A stretch of DNA of 64,000 bases from Euprymna scolopes (Eukaryota). A program made the translations under genes and the position numbers. Below are positions 40,991 through 55,068 of the stretch, one piece after another; position 1 is the first letter of the stretch; the number at the start of each line of letters is the position of its first letter. The notes beneath the pieces are model-generated. The model made no database searches and was not told the DNA's origin. It saw only the letters and a program-made list of their open reading frames with translations. The stretch lies in the NCBI GenBank assembly GCA_053919585.1, contig CM132794.1. One strand, given 5' to 3'.

Positions 40991-41130
40991 GTCCAAATAA
41001 AAAATGGACGACTTTCTAAGAAAAACACCGGTTCTCTAGGGCAGATACATAAACATTACTATCGATTAAAAAATCAAAACGAAAAGCATTTTAACAAATA
41101 AACGATGAAAACGAAGCAGTAAATCGTCTA

Positions 41131-41235
41131 TGGCAACATAGCGGGGGGATTAGGGCGCTAGACTGAAATACATAAGGTCCAAAGTTTGAATCCTACCAAC
41201 AGTCAAGCTACGCTGATTGGGAGTAGAGCTCCGAA
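41131..41235 (+). mobile_element. tRNA-derived SINE head or tRNA pseudogene
   Basis: A-box-like TAGCGGGGGGATTAG, an anticodon-arm-like segment and B-box-like GTTTGAATCC at tRNA spacing. Confidence 0.5.
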
Positions 41236-41239
41236 TTGT

Positions 41240-42420
41240 TTACAATAAGAAAGGTGTACACTAAAATAAATATAAATATTATACATATATTTATGTAATA
41301 AACAAAATAAGATGAAAAACTCAATAAATCCAGCAATATTAATAGTAACATTAACAAAGTTAATAACCCACCCCAATTTTCTTTTGGCATCATTCTACCA
41401 GTAATCTCTCTTTTGAATATATATCAAATACCCAAGCAAAAATTAAATCTTTTATTGCTAATAATAATAACCCTGAATTAAACCGAATCCTACACGAAAG
41501 CATTACCTAAAGCCACATACAATTAATATTACACTAACGCCGCTAATATATACACTTATATTGGCGCTACTGCAACATTAGTAAAGTTTAAAATATATCA
41601 CCATAATTCTTCCTTAAATAATGAAGTCACTGATAATAACCAGGAAACATTCATAACCACTTTAAATCGATATACAGCACTATCTCCATAAATCGGCATA
41701 TTATTAAGAGTCGAAATTATAAACCCCAGGTGCTAAGTCTTGTCACTTAAGTCTACATTAAAATTAATCACCTGAATTATATTCATATCTGGGTCAAATT
41801 GACCCTTTCTGACCTATTTATATATGTTCTTAAAATAGATTTAGAATTGCGATTTTCTACTTCAACTCTTTCCTGTCTTTTTTACCCCATTGCCTATTTC
41901 TGTCTGTCCACCCTCTCTCCTCTTGTTATTTAATATACTTTCTTCCTGCTTTTTACTCTTTTTCACACTTTTATCGTCTCTTTTGTACCAGCATCCGTTT
42001 TTCTAACATACATTCTATCTATATTTCAAGGTCCTTCTTTTCCTTGCTCATAAAATTATTTTCTTCTCAAGAAATTGTTGATATTTCTGCGAGCTCCAAA
42101 TGTTAACCTGCCATTAATATGACTATTCAGATTTCATTTATCCTATTGATTAACGATACATTTTCAACCGGTTTTTCCTGTTTTTGATGTTGCCATTATT
42201 ACAATTTGACTTTTACCATATCCTTTTCCTCTCCTTTTCCTGCCCCTTACTGTACCATTTAGCATGAATCCTTATGAACTGTTTACTGGCATTTTATGCA
42301 ACTATTATTAACTTCATATTATTTGTATCTCCTAATGCATTAACCTGCAAAAAGTATTGTAGATTTTGCGAAACGCTTCACTCGGATTAGAAGTACATTC
42401 ACCAAAACCTCGTGGAAAAG
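41240..42420 (-). mobile_element. Possible very old LINE remnant (ORF1 and endonuclease start)
   Basis: Purine-rich minus strand with weak APE-like fragments (INFNVD, GG.I). No clean ORF. Confidence 0.3.
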
Positions 42421-42531
42421 GTTTTTCTTGTCTTGTTTGTACTCCTTGTCTAATAAATACAATTTTGTAGACCTTGCTTACAGTTTAAAAAGGGTTTTTG
42501 AACATTGGAAAAAAAGAATTTTCAACTTCAA

Positions 42532-42581
<50 letters not shown>

Positions 42582-43229
42582 ATGAGGTTATAAGATGATA
42601 GTTTATAAAGTTACTTTGACAAACAAAATGATACATCGCTACGTGTTTATTTTTGTATTTATGCCTTTTCATGCTATGCAAGTCTTCGTTTCTCATCCAT
42701 GTCTTGATCTCATGTGGAATTTTAAAAACAACAACATTCCAAAGAATATAACACATTCTTTAAGAAAGCAGTGCGAAATCTAGTGTCTCATTGATGACCA
42801 GGTGACAAAACACTAACCATCTGTCACAGTTGTTTTTTCTCATTATGTCTACGGCGAGAATATATGTGAATTGTATAAAGAAATGCCTTCGGAATAGTCT
42901 AAATTCTTGATGAACATTTATGCCAGAACAAGTATTTGTAGGCACATGTTTCGCTATTATACAAATACATTATCCTTGGGAGAATATCATAGTAAACGCT
43001 TCTCTAACTTGGCAACCAAGAAAGTAAAGAGAAGGAAAGATGAAAAAGAAAAAAAAATGATATACAAAATACTGAGGATAGAGTTTGACTCTGAAATATA
43101 TTCAAAATATAAATTTCAATCAAGAAAAACATTTGTTTATTATATTGTACTGTACAGCTTAAACACAACAAATCTACTAAAGATAGGAATTTAAAGAAGA
43201 TTAAGTTTATTTAATTGAAAGGAGGGTGT

Positions 43230-43830
43230 CTCGTATTTGGGAGATTGCATATCACGGGAAGCTTCTTTGTCTCACCTTCTCTCCGAATCTTTCAATGAGA
43301 ACATATAAAAGATTCATTGTAAAAGTCGTTGGAAACATACCTATGTCATTCTCCCGTATCAGAAGATATCTCACTTTCAACGCAATCATCAACCTGCATA
43401 AGAGTCATGTACGTCTTAGGATGGAGTTCACTTTCCACATATGTGTACGAGCTGCCTAAAGCTGGCTAGTGCCTTGGCAACGTAATTTCGAAACTTAGAG
43501 GTAATATCTATTTCTCTTTCCTGAAATCCCGTTCCTACAAAAGAGATGTTGTGAGCTTGTCTCTGCTCCATAGTTATTTTCATTTTCTGATCTTCTGAGC
43601 ACTAATATGTGTTCCACTTTACAGAACGTGTACAAAGGCATGAATATAACTGAAACCACTATGCATAATTGTCTCTACAGTCTATATGTGACTACACCTA
43701 AACGTGAATTCTGTAAAAAAAAAATATTTCGCCCGTAAATGCTTGTATGTGGAACTCTGTTTCCCTGGTCTGATTTCTTGCTTACTACAATATAGTCGTT
43801 TTCAAATCCAACAAAAACAAAATATGGTCG
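43230..43830 (+). mobile_element. CR1/Zenon LINE copy, old
   Basis: KLLCLTFSPNL..RRYLT..INLHKSHVRLRMEF..HIC, homologous to ORF 4791-5231. Confidence 0.8.
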
Positions 43831-44153
43831 AATTGTCAACTTAAATAATCAAATTACAACAAATATCTACTATTAACAATGAATACTATTAACAAATATC
43901 TACTATTAACAATGACTACTGTACACATATTAACCTTCATATTCTATGGACGTTAGTAATTGGTAATCCTTGTATAAGAGAATATAATTTATGTTATTCA
44001 TGGTAAAAGTTAAGAATATTTCCACATAGTTAATAATAGCATATTTGATAATGACTCATAATAAAATAATTATGCATTTTACACAAGTGTTTATCCATTT
44101 AACGCTTCTTATAGCTAGATACTGCGTTAAGTACATATATATCTGTATGTATG

Positions 44154-44207
<54 letters not shown>

Positions 44208-44464
44208 ATAATATACATTGCTAAAAATCACCTCCGAACTAAAATACCGTAGGTTTGAAACAACATATGTCACACATAAATTTATTACGTTCAGCTTATT
44301 AGCCACTAGCTTATGTAACTTTATAGATACTTTTTCTGGCATATCCAGGTGTTTAAATAAACTCCTCCATTACATCGGAGGTGCTACAGCAGCACTATCA
44401 TACTGACATATAGAGTAAATGCCCCGATTACCAAGTAAACAATAATTAATTTACTCACCGAAGT

Positions 44465-45016
44465 ATTATATATCACAAATTGAAGATAAAAGACCAATAA
44501 ATAATATATTTAAATTAAAGATAAATTAGAGTTTTTTAGAAATTTTCCTGTAAAGTCCGAAGTTTAAAACTTTTTTTTTATTTAAACTACTTTGTTTGTT
44601 TTTTCTTTTTTCTTTTTTTTTTTAAATGAAACATTGGTCGATGGTCCTTTAATTGAAAAAAAAATAGGTCTTGAATTACATTTTTCATGTAGTTGTAAGC
44701 TTGGAAAGACAGGGGGTCGAATGATTTCACGCCCCCTTATTTTAAAATTTCTAATAAAAAAATAAATAATTAATTTTCTCACCAAACTGTTATATATCAC
44801 AAATTGAAGATAAATGATCAATAAATAATATATTCAAATTTAAAACAAGAAAAGTAGTGTTTTGTAGAAATGTACTTTTAAAGTCCGAAGTTTAAAACCT
44901 TTTCTTTAAAAAAAAACCGTGTTTTTTTTTAATGAAACCTTGACTCCCTGCTCCTTTAATTTAAAAAGAATAGGGCTTGAATTACATTTTTCGAGGAGAT
45001 ATAAGCTTAGAAAGAC
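44465..45016. repeat. Diverged tandem duplication, period ~323 bp
   Basis: TATATATCACAAATTGAAGATAAA...AAAGTCCGAAGTTTAAAAC...TTGAATTACATTTTTC...AAGCTT.GAAAGAC occurs at ~44467 and ~44791. Confidence 0.85.
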
Positions 45017-45682
45017 GTGTTGGAATTATTCAATATTTTTCACGAAATTTCTGACACACNNNNNNNNNNNNNNNNNNNNNNNNNNNNNNNNNNNNNNNNN
45101 NNNNNNNNNNNNNNNNNNNNNNNNNNNNNNNNNNNNNNNNNNNNNNNNNNNNNNNNNNNNNNNNNNNNNNNNNNNNNNNNNNNNNNNNNNNNNNNNNNNN
45201 NNNNNNNNNNNNNNNNNNNNNNNNNNNNNNNNNNNNNNNNNNTCTTTTGACTGTGAGGAAACAGCGACATTATTTAAAACTAATTTAACCGCATGTCATA
45301 TTGTGTATATCGTAGTGTTCACTGTTTAGACCACTTATTTTTAGTTAAGCTTGTGTATTGCTTTATTATCTGTGATATGCATTATTGCAGAATCTCAATA
45401 TAATTTACGACAATCACAGAGATCTTATGAATTAGGAGCAAACAAAGGATAAAAAAGATTCTTTGTAACTGCTCAATTTTAAGCGTTGTTTTAGTAAACA
45501 GTTGTGTTCTACATATTTAATATAAGATAGGGCTGTCTATTTTCTTTGTCTATTTCGGTGAAAAATTATAGCTAAATATTTTATAGGGGTTAACTTATTG
45601 AATTTACATCACATGTTATCTAAAATACAAAGCTGAGTAGGTGTGTGTGTGTCTGTGTGTGTGTGTCCGGTCACGAATAGGC

Positions 45683-45727
45683 CACCTTCCTTGCCTTCGG
45701 GCCAAGATCAAAGTGTAGTATCTGTTC
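45683..45727 (+). pseudogene. U2 snRNA 5' fragment (3'-truncated)
   Basis: CCTTCCTTGCCTTCGGGCCAAGATCAAAGTGTAGTATCTGTTC covers stem-loop I and the branch-point pairing GTAGTA. The Sm site and 3' domains are absent. Confidence 0.85.
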
Positions 45728-46352
45728 CAGATGATACTGCAAGCAAAGAGCCTATGTGGGGGCAACCCCACAAATAAGTCCTTGGTCAATGTATGCTTTT
45801 TTCCTTGTTATCTGAATTGCACGTGGCACTCTTTCGAAAATAGATAAATAGATAAATAATAAAAAAGAACGTTACTTGTTATCGGGTAATAAGAAGTGGG
45901 AATCCTGCTCACGTGATTTCGTGCCATTTAACACCATTTCCATAACCGTTTTATTTTTATTTATATATCTGTTTAAGCTTTTTTTGTCAGTGTACTGGAA
46001 AGAATTCAGATAATTACAACCCTTTCTGTCTTCTTTACATTACAATAGTACAACTCTGAATACTACACCGTTCAATACTATAAAACTGAAACAAAGCTGT
46101 TCTGCTGTAAAAGGGCACAATTTTCTTCTTATTCATATTTATATCAATTCGTTGCTTTAAAAAACTAAAGTAATTACGTGTTTACTTTTTTAATATCCCA
46201 TTTTGCTGTTTCGGATTATTTGACTAAAGTAAGTAAAACTTCATTATTTTTTAAAACTGTTTTTTGTTTCTTTTTCGATATTTCGTCGATATTATTTAGT
46301 AAGAGTGTTTAGCAGAAAAGCCAACAAACGATTATCCGAAAAAATAAATAGA

Positions 46353-46782
46353 CAAGAAATAAATGTTACCATAGTCAATAAAAGTTCAGCTCATGTATTT
46401 TTTTTTGTTTAGAAATAGATTCTTAATGCTCTTTACTTGAAATAAATTCAGCGAACAGAAAAAAAAACGAAATTTGAGGCGATAACTACTTAAAGGTATT
46501 TTATAAAAACTACACATGGCATAATCGAATATTCCACAACACAAAATAACAGAAAACATTAAAATATGTTTATAAATATTCCTTACATTGGCGGCCCTCT
46601 CTGAAATTGTTAACACAGAATGCTCAGGTGCATCCCCTTCAAAACGGGGGTAAAGTCCCGTCCATTTTGATTTTGTTAAACCGGTTCGTGAATTAAAAAA
46701 AATACAAACTACTAAAAAATACAAACCAACGAACTTTTCTACCATAAAAGTAAGTTTTATTTACTATGGTAACATTTATTTC

Positions 46783-46785
<3 letters not shown>
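46353..46785. mobile_element. MITE with ~34-bp TIRs (Tc1/mariner-type, TA target)
   Basis: CAAGAAATAAATGTTACCATAGTCAATAAAAGTT vs AAGTTTTATTTACTATGGTAACATTTATTTCCTG; the right end abuts (TA)n. Confidence 0.8.
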
Positions 46786-46838
<53 letters not shown>

Positions 46839-47523
46839 CATTTTCTCTTTCTTAGAAAACATCATTTGGTTGGTCACTCTTGGCTACGAATGGAACAAAG
46901 TTGATATAAAAATATATTTTCGCGAAGTTATCTTTACTTTCATAATATTTTGCTTAGGGTATCATTTTTGAGTTTCAAAACCTATCTCTTTACCACCACC
47001 TCTTTTTCATAACATATCATACTTTCATCAATCACAGCCCATTTTCTGTCGGCTGTTATTGAACCCAGTGAATAACGAGTACTTCTGCTGGTAATATATA
47101 ATTTAAATATGTAGAAAGAAACATATTGTTTTTATATTCGATCTCTCTTTACTTCCAGTCTTATAATATATAGTATTTCTGAGAGATGGTCAGGGCATAT
47201 GAGAAAGAGTTTAAAACTATATTTTTATTAAATAAGATACAGTATTTAAGCATATGAGATTAGTTATTTGCCATTATATTATTTTGATAAGTGTGTATTA
47301 TTTTTCGTTCCAACAGTGTTAAATGTTTTACTTATATTTATGTAGATATTGAAACTGGCATATTTCATAATTGTCAAACCAATTAATCTCTCGCTAGTCA
47401 AACAATGAGTATTTATTATAACCCTAAAGCATGTGAATGATCAATTACAATAAAAAAAACATGACAAGGTATAAAGTTTTAAAAACTAATATAATGTATG
47501 TCATATTGACATTAATAATGTTC

Positions 47524-47749
47524 TGTCGTGGAACGTCATTTAAAATAAGAACAATCAAGTCGAGGTTCCGTTACGGAACAAATGTATTAACGATAATGTA
47601 CAAAGAGAAAAAAGCCTGTATATCTGCTAAGCACTCGGCTAGCAGTTGAAGTGCAGTCGCATCTCTCTCACAGGTGTTGAAATTACAAGCGCTATTTATA
47701 GTGCTAATAATCGGTGTAAATTACTCTGTTCAAGGAAGGTCGGTATACA
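47524..47749 (-). mobile_element. 3' LTR of a Mag-like Gypsy element
   Basis: On minus it runs TGTATACC...CCACGACA, with TATAAATA and a preceding PPT TAAAGGGGG. Confidence 0.7.
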
Positions 47750-48880
47750 AACCCCCTTTAAAAATATCCCGTCTGGGATTAATAACGTTTTTGTTTTAGG
47801 TTGACCCTAATCAATTCTGCTGGTTTCTGTTTTCTGTTTAATCTTCTGTTCTCCGGAGCTGTCTCTGGTATGGGCACATGAAAAGTATCAAACACTGTGC
47901 CCATGATGTCCTCCTCGGGCGATCTGGTCACCTCACTGTTCGAGTATCTTTTCCGAATTTGGTAAGCGTGACGTTTGTGCGCCATGTCTGGTCCCTTAAT
48001 CATGTAGACTATGTTGCCTATTTGTTTCTCAGCAATGCCGGACTCCCAAAAAGTATTATTATTTTTGTGAATCGTGTAGAAGACTCTTTGGCCCACTTTA
48101 TACCGTTATTTTGTTATCGGTTATTTGAGGTTTGGCCTATCCTGGTTTGGTAACATCTTGTGGAAAATCGATCTAATCTTGTGTCTGGACATAGCTTGAG
48201 CAGGTGTCTTCAGCGTTTCGATGTTTGCATTCGAAGTGACTCTGCAGACTTGTAAAAACTGTTAGATTGCCTTATCCGTCGTCGACCTACTAGCTTTTTT
48301 TTCAGAGCTCTCTTTGAAGTGACAACGAATTTCTCTGCTTGTCCATTACTTCTTGTGTGGTATGGCGGAATGTTTATATGCCCGATTAGATGATTCGCGC
48401 AAAAATGTCTAAATTCGGTAGACGTAAATTGCGTTCCATTTTCTGTAATAATGCAGTCTACTCCCCCAAACCTAGTGAATAGTTTATACAGGAAGTTGAT
48501 ACTTACCTCGGATGTGGAATTCTTACATTTCAATACTTCCGCCCATTTAAATAGGCTGTCTACAACAATAAAATAGTAGAACCCATTTAGCGGTCCTGCA
48601 AAACTAAATGATTCCTAGAACAAGGTCGGTCCGCTATTGCCCACGATCAGAATTGAGTCGGAGGAGTTTTATAGTTAATGAGCATCCTTTACACTCCCTG
48701 ATTTCCTTCTATATCCTCATCAATGTTTGGCCAATAAAAGAAAGAGCGCATAAGGCTTTTCATTCTTGATATACCTGGATGTCCTACATGGAATTTCTTG
48801 AGCATTCTTTTCTGTAATGTCGCAGGAATTACTACACTGTCGCTATATAACAGAACGTAATCTCAAATTGAATTAATTTC
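47750..48880 (-). mobile_element. Ty3/Gypsy integrase remnant (Mag/K02A2.6-like)
   Basis: FHVGHPGISRMK..MRS..YWP, FAGPLNG..VVDS, TENGTQFTS, PPYH.RSNGQAEKFV..KRAL, and KRHAYQIRKR. Confidence 0.9.
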
Positions 48881-49386
48881 TTCATCCAGTGTGTTATTTT
48901 TAACACTTTTCTTTCGTGCATGAAATACATTCTTACACCTCTTCTTTATTCTTAATTAAGATGCGAACAATAACAAAACAAAATAAGGGATGACAGAGAA
49001 AATTAAAGAAAACCTAACTTAATTGAAATTACCATATAATTGATAAAAGTATACATGTTAAATCTTAATTAGATAAATGAGTTGCTAACATTGCAAATGC
49101 ACACGAAGTATGCTTGTTTCCTCTGCTTGATCTGAGAGCCAGTAGTCACTCTTTTTTCAGTATAAACTATCAAGCACATCTATTTTATTTTATCTATTTT
49201 CATGATACTGTTGATTCAAAAGTGTTCATTATTTAATAGTTATCACATTTTCCAAACACTTTACTTCGTTTAATTTCATAATTGCTTATACATTTCTTTC
49301 ATTCGTATACGAGAACACGTTTCGTAAATAGAATGCTGGATTTTTACAAAGTAATTTTCGTATAAACTGTGTTACCTTATCAGAAT

Positions 49387-49422
49387 CAGCAGCAACAGCA
49401 GCAACAGCAGCATTAACAACAA
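49387..49422. repeat. (CAG/CAA)n microsatellite
   Basis: Directly visible; not within a credible ORF. Confidence 0.85.
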
Positions 49423-50199
49423 CATTGGTGTAAAGCAAAAGTTTTAAACGCATTCTTCATTGGACTTTCGTTTCACGCCTAAAACGGAGGGCTTTTCGAT
49501 ATATGCTCGCTTTATATTTGTCAGTATGATTTTAAATGTATGTCTCTTAAATTCTGTTTCATGATTGTCATGAAATAGAAACAATCCACATACTCGCTGT
49601 ATGCTTTTTTCTTGTTATCTGAATTTTTACGTAATGAGAATGTTGATATCGATGATTGTCACTTTCCTATTAAACAAAAACACAAATCTTTCTCCTACAA
49701 CAATCAAAAGGAACGGTCGTATGGAGTTTCTTCTCTCTATCTGAATTATTTATGACGGATTCAAGGCTCGTCAGGCGTTCATTTGCGGTTACGATCACAA
49801 GTCGAAATCTTTTCTAATGTTGCATACTGTTATTATTTGTTGCTTATATACATCGTGCCAATTTATGTCAAATCAGCCCTTCGATGTTTCAAACAAATCT
49901 TATTTCATATGAAAGCGGCTATATAGCATGTGATTCGAGTTTTTAGCAGCTTACGCTACGTTATACGCTGATAGGAAAAGTGATAATTACAAAACAAAAT
50001 ATCGTGCAACGTAGATCGTGTTACTTATTCACTAATGGTCGCGCAGCTTCCTGTTAAATTACGTTTATTCCACCATTCCCCACTCTCCGTAAAGACCTTT
50101 TTTACACGATAATATTAAGCTACATTTATGTTTGTGCACTTCTTGATAAAGTTTGTTTTTATTTTTACTAACCGCAAGGACGATGATTTGTCACAATTT

Positions 50200-50750
50200 A
50201 TCGCTAATTTCTCATCTTAACGGAGTGGAGTATAACATCCTTGCTACATTTAAAACGCAAGGTGTGTTTCCTCTCCTTAAGTACACATTCGTTGTGTGCC
50301 CTCGTCGCTACCACAAAACACACTCTCTCCGCAATCTTACTTCTCGAACGTGAATCTCGTTGCAAATCCACGCAATTTTTCAATGAGCTATGTCCAGCCT
50401 CTATTTGCCCGTCACTATTTACTTTTCTGACTTGCGCAATGCACTTTTCATTGTGACTCGGCTCTGTTTGAGATATGTTAAAAACACACATAATCCTGAA
50501 CAAAAAAATATGGGCTCGCTACACAATTATTTCCTAATGTACTAATTAAGTCTCATTTTGACACTTTAAACCTACATTACATAAAATATTTCATTAAAAT
50601 TGAAATTACACTCACGTGTTACAGCTGACCAGAGAAGTGGAGATAAGCCCACACCCACACTGTTATCAATTCGGTCAACTGCGACAATGCCCATAATTTT
50701 CTAGCTAGGATATCTATCCCTCTGCCAAGGGCATGCCGTGAAAGGGTTAA
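50200..50750 (-). mobile_element. Possible piggyBac-derived non-autonomous fragment
   Basis: TTAA|CCCTTTCACGGC terminus at 50735-50750 (minus), and a decayed Cys/basic segment RVCFV..RKHT..C resembling the piggyBac C-terminal domain. The other TIR was not found. Confidence 0.45.
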
Positions 50751-53700
50751 ATTACTGCACGATTAATGTCAGCTCTTGCGTACAATCATCACCCTTCAAA
50801 CAACATTAGCGGCCACTAACTTGCATCTAGCACAAAATATCCAAATCTTCAAATCCTTATGAACCATCGATTCCCCGGGTATTAAACTCCTCTCTAGCCG
50901 TCTTATTCACACACATATTTTCCAGTTCAACAATCAAATCGATCCCATAAACATTTTCACACTTTAATATAATAAGGGGATGAAAACAGAAACCTTACTT
51001 ACATTTTCCTAATTGGTCAGGCATTACTATTGTTTCAAATGTACTTGTTTTATGATAGTGAATCATTCGGACAGCTTAGCAGCTTCGTCACAGATCCTGG
51101 TAAAAGTTCCCATCTTCCTTAAAATTACTCTTTCGTCGGTGGAAAACAAAAAAAAATATCAGCTAAGCATAATATATTAATAAGTGCGATATAAATTATG
51201 ATTTCACTGACAACAAATAATTATTTAATGTTATATGTTCAGGCACAAAACAGTGTATAGAATTTTCTTTTTAAAATTATTTTTGAATTACCTAATAGCT
51301 TAAAAACTGTTCAGATATTCTCCGTGTAAAATATGTTGCCATTAGATATTAATTTTGTTTATTTATTGTTTATTTATACAATTACATTGAAATAACACAC
51401 TGAAAGATCGTCCCCGCGTCTAATACGTTACTACCTGCAGAAAAATTACCTACAAAGCGCAGAAAAATACATTATTAATTGCTTTGTCCTTTCAATATTT
51501 TAGCGATTGTGGTGAACCGACAACAAGAAATTGTAAATACATTTAAAACAAAATTACTAACGCAAATTGCAAACGGAGTTAAAACATGATGAACCATTTG
51601 TTCAATTATCATTTTGAGCTCGGGATACATCCATTACAAAATATTAGTCATGTGAAAGCTAGTCTATGCATACACTAGAATACGATTTAAACAATGAAGA
51701 CACATACATACCTCTTCTAAAAAGTAGGTAGGAGTAATAATGACTTATGTAATCCCGTTAAGGTGTATCACATAATCATCAGGATAATAGAAAAAAGCGT
51801 TATCGCCAAGTTTCAAAATTCATCCCAAAAAATTAAAAAATGAACAACGAACATATCTCGGTTATGTGTGCAATATATACTGTAGATTAGAGTCGCTATT
51901 TCTAATAACACTACGTAACAGTATACGGAATTTGACATGCCGATTACCACACTTTGGCAAATACAAACTTTAGGCATATCTAAGATGTATTAGACGAGTA
52001 CAGATAAATACGATACAAACGTGGTTAAAATATGCGAGGCTTATAATGGATTAGCAACATCAGCTTACATAATGTTGAGAGCCTGACTAAAAGTTACCGA
52101 TCGTTGTTCACATATATTCTTTTGCCTTATTAAGCGTTATATATAATCTCAACGTGTTTAACAATTAAAAAATATATTTGGAAATATAGAACTGTATAAT
52201 ATAATAACTCATAGAATGACTGTATTTTATGTTTTGATATGAATATCTGCATACTAACTAATTAGTAGCTTTTGAACCCACTTATAAATGGTATATATAT
52301 TTTTGTTTTAAATTTGACAGAACATATTACGTATTAATATAACAGAAATATATATTTTGGGTTAAAAGTAAATGATCCCGGGTACTAATTACATATTATA
52401 TACGATTGTTTAAAAAATAGCGATTATTTTTTTAGAAAGGTACCGAATCAAAACGTAAAAAGTGAGGAGAAATATGGGACAGCCGTAAATAATTAAAAAA
52501 AAAACTACTATTACACGTATACCATAATTGTTACTACAATGAAAACCCGTAACATTATTTGTTAGAAAAAATGAGTTTGGTACTCTTTGATGCAGTTGGA
52601 TAATTCATTTAAAATTCAAGGATCGCAGAATCTATTCTTAAGTTTAAGAGTGTGATATCCTTTTACCTGAGAATATCAAATATATTTTCCTCTTTAATTG
52701 TTATATTGGGAATATTAAAACATTTTATTTTGTTGTTTCCGTTACGACATTTTAATAATAATGGGACTAAATATAAATTACTTGCGTGTTAAATGAAAAC
52801 ACCCCTCCCTATAATGTACAAAAAACTGAATAAGCACTTATTACAAGTCTATTTAGCTATATGATTAGTTCTATAGCAAATGAGGTCAGGTCAGGTCAGG
52901 AGGATTATTTCTCCTTTAAGCAAAAAGTAAACACTTATTGATAAGTAGCCTTTCCTCTATTCTCAAATGTTATCTGTGTAGTCTTTACTAATTGGTGCAT
53001 TCTATTTCGCAGTGAAAAGGCAGTCAATTCGAAACCTTCTAAATGTATCGCGGAATGTGTTCTAATTTAAACATAGAAATAAATAAACTCATTCGTTTTC
53101 TTTAAAATCGTTTTAAATTTGGACTTGTAATGTATTATCGCTCGAGTTAAATCAATTGAAATTGTTGGCACACATCTATGCGAGTATGTTGCAGTGAGAC
53201 CGAGGATACTATTTGTTATAATTTAATTAAAAGAACATGTCATGGAGTTAAAAGAAGTAAGTTATGTGATTGTTTGAAGTATGCAGACATATGTGCAAAA
53301 AACAAAACAAACATGCAACAATATAAAAAAAAACACACAGACTAGTATCACGTAGATTTGTCGGATGTAATCGTGAAACCTAATGCAATAAACTTAGTTA
53401 ATTTAAGGATGTTTCTCTAAATACTAAATATATTACACACACCTTTTGCTCGAAACGCTGCGAAGAGAGAGTAGAAACAAACATACTAACTTACTTTTGT
53501 GCAATAATAAATGTTTTTCACTGTCATGCGGTGCGGTGGATTAGAGGCAAGATCTGTCATTCAATTAATGGCAAAAGTGTGTTGCAATTAAGAGAGAGAG
53601 AGAGAGATGGAGAGAGAGAGAGTACGTATAAAAATAAAATATCAGGCTTAATTTTTAATGCCCATCTGATGTCTATCAATAGTTACCATTAGCCAAATTT

Positions 53701-55068
53701 CTAAATATTTATTTTTTAAGAATATATATTTTCATTTTAATTATTACAATTATTGGGTTTCCTTTTTCTAAGTTTTGTGGCTGCCAGTGTCTTAATACAT
53801 TTTTTTTAATATAATGAATGAATATATGTTATTTTTAAGCAGAGTGCGGGCAGAGAGTTATTACGAGTATATATTAAGGCGACTTATAGAAATAGATGAC
53901 AGAATAAATATATTTTCATCTATAAATCAAAGATAATATACATAATGTAACTTATTAAAATAACCAACTTACTATGTTACATGCAAACGAAATTATTTCT
54001 ACACGTCTCTGATAATTACCTTGAGTCAAACAGTAATAATCAATCAAGAACAATTATGAAATCGTACAGAACAATTATAGTCCTTTATTAACTTAAGCGT
54101 TACAGCTTAATCCGTATGTTTTTGATACAGCACTGTAAATAGAATAATACAATCTATTTGAAAAGATAACATGAAACAAATCCTAAAATTATTTAAGAAA
54201 TTTAGCACGAAAATAAAAAAGAAAGTTCTTCTAATGAAAAATTTACAGACGAAGAAAAACTTTTTTCGAAGATGAGACTAATCGGGAAGCATATAATATC
54301 CCACATCTGTTTGGGGTTTAACAACAACACGTGATTATAAAAGTTTAACTTACAATACCAACGAAAGGAATGTCTTACAGAAAATGTTCACGTGGATAAA
54401 GGATCACAAATTTAAAACTTAAGCGTGTTAGACTAAAAAGTACGACGTTAGATATGCTCACGAACAAATTATTTTTAATATAGAACTCTGTACTTTCGAT
54501 CGACAAATCTTGTAATACAGTTACTATGAAGCAGAAATATTTAGCAATATATCGTGTTACAGCAAACACAATCACTACTTATAATTCTAAGATGTTAAGA
54601 CTAACAAATGATGTGAAAGTCGTTATTTACTTTTATCATCTGAATTAAATCCAATTATTATTAGACACCATACATAGAAATGATCAAACGGAAATCAATT
54701 TTATTTATAATTACGGTGAAATGATGGCATATATACATAGATAACTTTCGTATCAGAAAAGGCATGAACAACAGTTGCATTGAATGAGACAATAAAATAA
54801 AGACTTTATTTATTTATATTATAGTGGTCGAGAAAATTCTATGTTTCAATAAATCCGTGAACCATGTTACTATTCAGAATATATTGTCACTGTAAAATCT
54901 CTCACATTTATTTTTTTCATAATCCAAAAAGCATATTGCCACTTAAAAATAAGGATCTATCCATTCAGGCCGGCCGCAGCTGAGATTGAACTCACTAGAC
55001 AAGTTTGTAGTGTAATTCTCATCTTGTCGGTACCTGAATATTTGATGCCTCTACAGGACTATCACAGG

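Noticed and set aside
45683-45727. Functional U2 snRNA gene
   Set aside because: Only ~45 nt match; no Sm site or 3' stem-loops.
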